Assembly: GCF_006345805.1 (NCBI RefSeq) | Contig: NC_043000.1 | Span: 77,996,001 to 78,060,000, forward strand | Reading direction: 5' to 3' | Origin: Octopus sinensis | Taxonomy: Eukaryota | Length of the DNA: 64,000 nt | Made by a program: the position numbers and the translations under genes | Notes under the pieces: generated by a model | The model's input: the letters and a program-made list of their open reading frames with translations, nothing else | Databases searched by the model: none | What the model was told of the DNA's origin: nothing | Part shown: in pieces, positions 54,969 through 64,000 of the stretch | How the letters are laid out: each line of letters starts with the position of its first letter | How positions within the stretch are numbered: position 1 is the first letter of the stretch

Positions 54969-56997
54969 TTTTTCAAGATATTGCCATAAAAGCATTACAC
55001 AGAGGGAGAAGCTTGCGGGCTGGACAAAGACATTGATTAGATGAGTGATGAAAAGGATGGCATTAATGGGGGAAGACAAAAGAGCCCACAAATCTTGCTT
55101 CTCTAAAACATTGCTCTTTTTTCGTTTTTTGAAAAACAAAAAACACAAATGAGGTAATGAACTTCTAACAGTAACATTAGATTTCATAATATTAACATAA
55201 ACATTAAATTGAGGCGCTAAGCCCCTTATCAATCATCCCCGATTAAATCTCTTGCTTCCTGCAGGCAATCACGCAGCAGCAAGTATGGGACCCAGAAGAG
55301 ATAATTGTACTCTTCCTTAGAAAAGGAACCGATTATCTTATAAAATTTAATTTCTTCTATGACCTCGCAGCCACCTGCGGAGGCCAGTACGGATTATCCA
55401 TGCAGGTCGGGACCACCAGTTCCCGACCTTCAAAACTATCCACAAAGTTCTCTACGGTCCCTTCCTTGAGATAGAAGACCACATATTCTTCATTATTTTC
55501 ACTGGGAGTGACGACAGCCTCCTCCGCCAGTGGCACAATTCCCACCGACGAAGTTTCGAGACATGCCGGCAGAGCATTGCAAACCGCCAGCACCCTCACA
55601 TTCTTTTTTTTCTTCTTATTTATCTTTGGCACGGGAGGGGTTGGCTCCTTCGCCTGCACCGAAGGAACATCGCCACCTCCCGCAACTCCCGGATCCATTG
55701 TTGCTCCCCTTCTTCCTTTTTCTCCCCTTTTTTCCGGGGGAGATCTCTCCCTCATCACCTACTTCCTTCTCTCCTTCCAGAGGAGGATGGGAGCTCTTCT
55801 ACTCTGATCCGGGGGCAGTTCTTTTTAATGTGGCCAGGCTCCAGGCACCGATGACAACTGGGTGGGTGGGGGCGATCCTCTAAAATCACCAGGGACCTGC
55901 ACCCGGCCATTTTCAAAAAATCTGGAAAAACCAGATTGGTTGATTGGAGCCACAGGGTCAAAACAACCCAATCAGCCGCAGGAAAATTTTTCACATTAAG
56001 GAGCTTGGCTCTGCTACCGCCCAGAGCCCGGCGGATAGTCTTCTCTATCCACTCGGGTTTTATTCTGGGTGGCAACCCGCAGACCCAAACTCTTATCAAC
56101 CTCTTCCCACAATACGTGGGAAGAAACAAAATTTCTTTGCCCTCTAAGAGCTGGCTCGCAAATTTGACCCCACTGAAAATGAATTTAATAGTTGGCAGAT
56201 ACTCTGCCAACTCCTTTTCTGTCACAATCTTTTCAAATAGGGCGATGGTGTCGAGCGACCCTCTCTTCAAGGTCTTTCAACCACTGTTTAGGTGGTATCA
56301 TTTCCCACTCCAAAACATTGTCTTTTTTCATTGCTTTGTTTTTTTGTAATAAAAGTTTGAAAATAGTTCAAAATAAAACTAAAAAAAAGAAAGAAGAAAT
56401 AAATCAAAAGAAAGTCAAAATAAAATGGAAGGAAGAAAAAGAAAACAATTCACGAAAAAAGAAAGTCACAAAAAAGTTAGAAGGAAAAAAAACAGTCACC
56501 AGTTCAAAAACACAGTAAGCAAAAAAAATCCAGGAACGCCACAACTGGAACACGACTTCCACAAAAATTGGTAAACAAGTTGTTCAATCTTCCGAGGTGA
56601 GACACTCCCCAAAACAACAATTCTCGCAATAATTTTAACAAATAACTATTCACTAAAAGTGAACAAATTTTTGGGAGGCGCGATACGCCCCCAAACAACA
56701 ATTCTCACAATTAGGTGAAAAAAACTATTCACTTAACGTGAACAAATTTTGCCCTACTGCAGGCAGACTAGATTTCAGAATCCAGTGAGGACTACTTGCT
56801 TGTACAAAAATAATTACCGCAAACAACAAACCCCCACTGGACCCCCAAAAAAAACAAAATTCCTACCTTACAATTGAGCTCCTTCTTTCATCAATTTTTC
56901 ACCAGCTTCTTTCAGTGATACGCACAACACTGACAACAACGCATGCGCACACTGACAACAACGCATGCTCACACTGACAACAACTCATGCGCAGTGT
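54969..56997 (-). mobile_element. ORF1-only non-LTR retroposon (HAL1-like), ~2.0 kb, with 14-bp TSD
   Basis: TSD GAAGCAAGCTTCTT at 54955-54968 and 56998-57011, short oligo-A tail, 5' 22-bp tandem repeats, and a single frameshifted ORF1 with CHRCLEPGHIKKNC knuckle. No EN or RT. Confidence 0.8.
55357..56333 (-). pseudogene. LINE ORF1-like protein (RRM-like region and CCHC zinc knuckle), frameshifted
   Basis: FLPTYCGKRLIRVWVCGLPPRI and C-x2-C-x4-H-x4-C (CHRCLEPGHIKKNC). Continues in a second frame from ~55758. Confidence 0.75.
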
Positions 56998-57720
56998 GAA
57001 GCAAGCTTCTTACCACACAGCTACACCTGCTTCTATATGTGTGTGTGTGTGAGAGAGAGAGAGAGAAATGAAATGGAGAAATTCCCTTTTCCTCATATAA
57101 GAATATTTATATACACATATCCATCTATGTGAAACTAATATTTTTGGTTTTTCACTGAAGCACTGGATATAACAACCAGGGAACTTGGATGGTAACATCC
57201 CTTTAAGAGCATTTGATATTCGTGATGTAATTACACACACACACACAAACGTATATAATTCGTTTGGGGATTTGGTTTTTAAGATTCTTTATGTGAGTTT
57301 GTGTGTTGAAGCATATTCTGTTGTGTCTGGGGTGAGTCATTTTCTTTTTGTGCCTTATAATTTAACACTCACCGGTAAAATTTCCACTTATCTCATTTCT
57401 ATTTTCCTAAAATTTCCGTTGCCGCTTGTAACCTTTTCAATAGTCTTGAGTGTATCCGTTATTTACACTGCGTTCCTTTTTGTTAGTTTGTGCGCATGTG
57501 TGTGGGTCTGTGTGTGTGTGTGACTATACATGCATGTATGTATGTATGTATGTATGTATGTATGTGTGTATGTATGTATGTATGTATGTATGCATGCATG
57601 TATGTATGTATATATGTATGCATGCATGTGTATGTACGTATATATGTGTGTATGCATTTGTACATATGTATGCGTGCATCTGTATGCATCTTCTAATCGT
57701 TTCGCAGAAGTGTTGTCCCT

Positions 57721-58182
57721 ATAATGAAATCCTATATTGATAAGCATTTACAGACAACTCTTCTGCTCCTCAGAGGTATAAAATGTTAAATGTGTATAAT
57801 TTATCGAATGGTAGTTTTTAAAAAATATGAAGTAATATTGGAAAATGGTGTTTGCTTGAAATATAAATTAAAAATTACAGCTTTTGATTTTGCTAAGTAC
57901 ACTTTAGTATGAGAGTCTTGAAATCCATATATGCCTCCTTGGTAAGTTTTCTGCATTAATCCATTATAATTATGTATAAAATCCATTATATTGTCCTGTA
58001 TTCCAAATATAGTTCTTAGACTGAGATAATATAAAATAATGGAATCCTATATATATATATAAGCATTTATAAATAACTCTTCTGCTCCTCAGACATATAA
58101 AATGGGAAATTTGTGTAATTTATCGAATGGTAATTTTTTTTTAACATATGAAGTAATATGGGAAACTGGTGTTTGTTTGAAA
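57721..58182. repeat. ~316-bp tandem duplication; second copy continues at 61617-61723 and 63320-63390
   Basis: 57721-57861 matches 58037-58182, 57862-57969 matches 61617-61723, and 57970-58039 matches 63320-63389. Confidence 0.85.
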
Positions 58183-58210
58183 TCTGTATATCTATAAAAG
58201 GCAAGGCAGG

Positions 58211-58275
<65 letters not shown>

Positions 58276-58565
58276 TGAATATAGTTTATGCACGTCCACA
58301 AATTAGCACGCGTATCTCTCCAATTTTAGGAGGACATTCGTCACGGCCCTAGCTGAGTTTTGTCAACTTATTTTTCCCGAGACATACTCGGATGGGGGTA
58401 AAAATCGATTTTCATCCATAACTTTTACCAGTTTCCACGTCGGGGAAATCCGTTGTCTGCAATGGCGACTATTATACAGAATAACAAAGATAAACAATTT
58501 CGCTTTTGAATTTGACTTGCAAGATTCTTTATATGAATTCGTGTGGTCTGAAAGAATATATATGT

Positions 58566-58652
<87 letters not shown>

Positions 58653-59168
58653 GGGGAGTTTTAATTATACAGAAAAACAAAGATGAACCGCTCTGAAAGA
58701 AATGTATATACAGTATACATATAGTATATGTATATATCTAATTTTTCTAAATATTTCATTTTAAATGAAATTTTGAATGTTAGATAATTAATGTTAGTTT
58801 ATTCGATGAGAAAACAAAAACGTAATGACGATGTAATCAGCAACCAGCACATTTTGTTTCTTAGTTTCTGTTTGTGTTAATATTTAAATTCTTTATTTGA
58901 CTGGTATTTTCAGCCACAACATTCTTATTTATTTCTGTTTATGAAATTTTCTGTACGTACTTTTGCTGTACGTACTTTTGCAAATCGATGACTTCGTGCT
59001 GTGTCCGTTTTACTTCCTATGTGATTTAAAGCATTTTTTGATATGTGGCATTTCAACATTAGAAACGAGTTCCGCGCATGCTATTCAAGTTCGCTGAATA
59101 TTATCTCCTGCCACTGAAAACAACAACTCGAACAGGATAAAGAGTACCCGCATCAACAACAGCAAGTA

Positions 59169-59228
<60 letters not shown>

Positions 59229-61616
59229 CATACAATATATCCTATTAAGAAAATTTAAAGAGTACACACTTTATCCGCCTAAACAGTGCAACGGGATCTG
59301 CTTGGTAGTCAAGTCCCTGATGCCTCACTTTATTGTTACGGGGTACAGGAGGGGGGAAAATGTTTTCATTTCAAGGATACACCTTTATCTCTCGTGGTCA
59401 GACATGCCGTTTAACATCCGCAGATCGCTATGTCCATCAACAAATCCCAAGGCCGGACATTATCGGTGGCGGGAATCCATTTGGGAGTGCCGGGCTTTTC
59501 ACATGGGCAACTTTATGTGGCCTTCTCCCGTGTGGGGAGTAGAAACGCTCTTTTGATGTCTATAGCGAAGTTTTATAGACGTAGAAAGAACAAGTCATCA
59601 CTGCAGCCGATATGGTTATAAACAGGTGATCCGGAAGCATTGGCCGGACATATTCTCAGATAATGGCAGCATGACTCATGGACTCTTCCTCTTCTTTATT
59701 GGACAATGCTGACTTCTCCGACAACAATGCTCACTCGGCCGATATCAGTGCTTGGCCAAGATGCTCACAGAGTCAGGCTAGAAGAGCCTTATTTTTTTGT
59801 TAAAGCTGTTAGTAACTTTGCCTAAGTTACTCCACTCCGTATCCCCAATGCAAAACTTCGAATCAACCTTCTCCAATGCAGATCTCTAATGTAACCTTAT
59901 CCAATACAGACCTTCGATGCAACCTTCTCCAGTGCAGATCTTTGACGTAACCTTCTCTAATACATATTTTCGATGCAGCCTTGATTGATAGTACCCCTAG
60001 GACGGGTTAGGACTAGATCGGGATTAGACGCTGCCTTTTAGAGGCACCCGGGCCCTCTTTCGTGAGGTTAGCTTAGGCTTAGGTTAAGGCTTAGTTGTGA
60101 TCCGAACATAACTTTTCCTGATACAGAGGATCAGGAACCCTTTTGGGCATTCTATTTTCCTTGCCGGAAGGGCTCCCAACCCATGGTCCAAGGAGGGTCA
60201 GATGATGGGGTGGGGTTCGAAAGGGCCGGCATGTGCAACCTAATCACCTCTGATGGTCAAACTCCCAACCCATGCGTTACCGTCGTGACAATGATTCTGC
60301 AGAACTGGGTTGGGTATGAAAACCAACTTTAAAGTATAAATATAGATTTTTTGAATCAGCAATGTTGCGTTCGGTTAAGACCTATTTGGGGTGAAAAATC
60401 AATAAACTGATTCCTTATGGGGTTTTCCATTCAATCAGGATGAAAAATTGATAAACCGATTCCTTATAGGATTTTCCACTAAAATTAGCTACAGTTTTGA
60501 CGTATTTTGTTCAAATTTGATGCCGGCGTTACTTAGAACGCATGGGATCTTTGAATGCTTTAAATTCTCCCCCAAAAAATCTGTGTGCGAACTGCCATGC
60601 TTCACGGCAGTGAAACACGGGCCATGTCTACGGAGGACATACGTAGGCTCGAAAGAAACGAAGCTAGCATGATCCGCTAGATGTGTAATGTCAGTGTGCA
60701 CACACGACAGAGCGTTAGCGCCCCGCCCTGAGAGAAATGTTGGACATAAGAAGCATCGGATGAGACGTGCAAGAAAGACGTTTGCGCTGGTATGGCCATG
60801 TACTACGGATGGATGAGGAGAGCTGTGTGAAGAAGTGCTACTCCAAAACAGTTGAAGAAATCCGCGGTAGATGTAGACCCAGGAAGACATTGGATGAGGT
60901 AGTCAAGCATGACCTTCGAACACTGGGCCTCACAGATTCAATGACAAAAGACCGAGACCTCTGGAGGTATGCTGTGACTGCGAAGACCCGGCAAATAAAG
61001 TTAGTTCACGGCTGTATCCTACACCAGTTTCTCATAACCAGCCCCAACTCATTCAAAAGTACCCTGGAACGTAGGGCGACCTGCTGTGCTTGAGGAGACC
61101 TATTGAGTCAAGTACATCAACATCAAAATGAAAATCAAATGGAAATTGTAGTTGTGATACCCGTTCCGATAGCACGTAAAAAGCGCCATCCGAACGTGGC
61201 CGATGCCAGCGCCGCCTTGACTAGCTTCCGTGCCGAAGGCACGTAAAAAGCACCAACCGATTGTGGCTGTTGCAAGCCTTCTCTGACCCCTGTGCTCGTG
61301 GCATGTAAAAAGCCCCCACTACACTCACGGAATGGTTGGCGTTAGGAAGGGCATCCAGCTGTAGAAACACTACTACATCAGACTGATGTCTGGTGGTGGT
61401 GGTGGTGGTGGTGGTGAGAGGAAAAATTGATAAAATGATTCCTTATGGATTTCTCAATCAAATTGTCTCCAACCAATTTTCAGCCAAACGTTTATCAATT
61501 TCAACAGATTTCGCTCAAATTTGACGTCGTTGTTACTTAGTTTGGTTTGAAACAAAGTTCTTGATTAGCTTAATAATCCTAACATAATCCCGGGCAACGC
61601 CGTGCTACACTGCTAG
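58183..61616 (+). mobile_element. Non-autonomous Helitron A (3.4 kb) with PIF1-helicase remnant and nested RTE fragment
   Basis: A|TC...hairpin CCCGGGCAACGCCG...CTAG|T. Internal [11 protein letters not shown]...[13 protein letters not shown] (59430-59545). Empty site at 57861/57862. Confidence 0.88.
60575..61390 (+). mobile_element. RTE-clade LINE 3' end
   Basis: HGSETRA...RLERNEASMIR, QERRLRWYGHVLRMDEESCVKK...RGRCRPRKT...DRDLWR, followed by a 3' UTR. Confidence 0.85.
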
Positions 61617-61723
61617 TATAAATTAAAAATTACTGCTTTTGATTTTGGTAAGTACACTTTAGTATGAGAATCTTGAAATCCATATATGTCTCTTGGTAAG
61701 TCTTCTGTAGTAACCCATAACAA

Positions 61724-61964
61724 TCTCTATATTATAATTCTGAAATGCAAAAAGTTTGTTTGTCTGGTTTTGTGCATTAGAACGGGTTAAAGGCCACTAG
61801 ATCCCATCGGATTGACTCCAAAATTTACAGGGTCATGTAAAATGAGGTGATGATGCGAGTGGGCTAGGTTAGAAATCCCTATCTTAAAAGGTGTCGTTAC
61901 TAGGGCAAAAAACGCACACTTTGACAAGTCTCCTCTCATTCTCTTATCTGCATGTTTTCCTCCG

Positions 61965-61998
<34 letters not shown>

Positions 61999-62107
61999 CT
62001 CCCTTCCCATCACTTTCTCTCTATAACGACGTTTGACAGATACTACTATCTTTCCCCCGCTGCCTTCGCCAGCGCTGTCCCTCTTTACCCCATCGCCTCC
62101 CTCCCTC

Positions 62108-62148
<41 letters not shown>

Positions 62149-62402
62149 GTCTGTCTGCATTCATAGAGAGATTTATTATCGCCACCACCACCACCACACA
62201 ATCATGAGAACAAATATTAGGAATCAGATATTTATTGGGTTAATCTATATATGTGTGTGTGTGTGTTCTATATATAAATATGTATATATAATGTATATAT
62301 GCAAAGTGTATATATATATAATTTGTATACATTTGTATATATAATGCGTACACACACACACACACCTATACATATATATATACATATATATATACATATA
62401 TA

Positions 62403-62465
<63 letters not shown>

Positions 62466-63319
62466 GCACACTTATGTTAAAAGTGCTGGCGAGTTTGCAT
62501 GGCAACTATTTTTTTCCTCAAATGAAAGGCGTGATCTCTAGGACAAAATTCCTCATCTTATAAAATGTGGCCCCAGTAGACCTGAATGAAATCGGTTAAC
62601 CAAAATGTGAAAAGGGGTCTAAATGGGGCTGGAAGGGGATTAAAATTTACAGGAGCGGGTGTTTAGGAATTCTCTGTTACATCAAGCTGAAAAATTTGCG
62701 CCAGGCTTTAAATCGTCAATGTGTTGCCGTCCATCATGAAGAAGTTTTGAATGCTTGCATTGGTGAGTCGACTGTCCGGAGAAAGAATCACTTCAAAACT
62801 TGGTGTTTAGGAATTTTCTTTTACATCAAGTTCAAAATTTTACGCCAGCCGTTGAACTACCACTACGTTACTGTCCGTCGTTAAGAAATGCCAGCCATGG
62901 TGACTCTACTATCCTCAGATTCTATCCCTTCAAACTTTGGTTTCCAATATTTTTCTATTTTTATTCAGCTCTTAAGTTCGTCTGTCCCTTTTAAGCGTTA
63001 GTCTTTTGCTGTCTGCCTTGAAGCAGACCTTTCCGTTGTCACTGCCTGATATGTATGATTGATCTTTGAAAATATTTTCTTTCTCAACTTACTCAAGATC
63101 TTTTGTTGTTTATAAATTGGAGAGATAGATAGATAAAGATAGAGAGTAAGAGAAAGCGAGGGAGAGTCCGAGAGAAAGGAAGCGTAAGAGAGTGGGAAAG
63201 TAGGAGAGAAAGGAAAGAGAAACAAAGAGGGAGAAAGTGGTGATAAAAAACAGAAAGGAAGCAACAGAAAGTAACAACCACACTCTTACCCGCGCGTAGA
63301 GCGGGTCACCTTAAGCTAG
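61724..63319 (+). mobile_element. Non-autonomous Helitron B (1.6 kb)
   Basis: A|TC start, hairpin ACCCGC-gcgtaga-GCGGGT (63288-63306) and CTAG|T end. Empty site at 57969/57970. Confidence 0.88.
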
Positions 63320-64000
63320 TTATGTATAAAATCCATTATATTGTCCTGTATTCTAATTATAGTTCATAGACTTAGATAATATAAAATAAAAATATATGTG
63401 AAATATGTGAAATTATAATTTTTTTTATTTATTACCCATACGGGCTGACAAAGGGGGATACACATAACATTGGGGACATAGAACAAATTAACAAAAAATA
63501 ACAGAAAAATAAAATTAAAACGTATGATATAATGGGAAAATGAAGATGAGAAATGGAAGTGATGTTACTTGCCCAACCAACTAACATCACTTACTTGCCT
63601 TTTTTCCTGTTTTCCATTATATCTAGTCCATATCGTTTTTTGAGTGTCTCATAGCCTATCGTTTTAGGTAACTTATCCAGGTTATAATTCACCTTCTATA
63701 CCTCATAGCCGTCATTATTTCTTTTAATTTCGTTCTTATGTTTTTCCGTTATCAAAGCACATGTATGTTCACCTTGTCATTTGCGTTAACATAGACTAAA
63801 TTTTTCCCATCCTACTACTGTCTCTAGCAGTTCATCTTCTGCCTCCTCGTAAAGAATACACGCATAACACTCAGTGGGAAGGGAAGCTTGTAAATTATTG
63901 TGTGTATTGTCACTTCTTTTTTGTTTCCATGCTGGGGGGGAGTGGGTAGGTTTAGTGTCTGCGGGGAGAGGGTGGGACGAAGAGAGTGTGGATGGGCATT

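Noticed and set aside
56925-56995. Three 22-bp direct repeats
   Set aside because: Contiguous with no spacers; explained as 5' UTR monomers of the HAL1-like element.

Overview
AT-rich, microsatellite-dense animal genomic DNA, intergenic or intronic, made almost entirely of transposable elements. The SINE and repeat families look like Octopus (cephalopod), which is an inference from recognition and not from a search. No host protein-coding gene can be supported, and most listed ORFs are translated (TA)n/(CA)n/(TACA)n/(TAGA)n arrays. Identifiable elements: two decayed Ty3/Gypsy retrotransposons (one with a nested mariner), several mariners and MITEs, CR1-, RTE- and R4/Dong-type LINE fragments, an ORF1-only (HAL1-like) retroposon with a 14-bp TSD, autonomous-derived and non-autonomous Helitrons, tRNA-type SINEs and Penelope-like elements (PLEs). 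The most striking signal is not in the ORF track. About 13 minimal type-I hammerhead ribozyme (HHR) motifs from roughly 8 sequence families lie in non-coding 450-600 bp units or PLE termini. These units are arranged as partial tandems plus inverted copies and mostly sit in (TA)n, which suggests a diverse retrozyme/pLTR-like system. It includes unusual core variants (A3-U8 and A9C). All coordinates and base pairings were read by eye.
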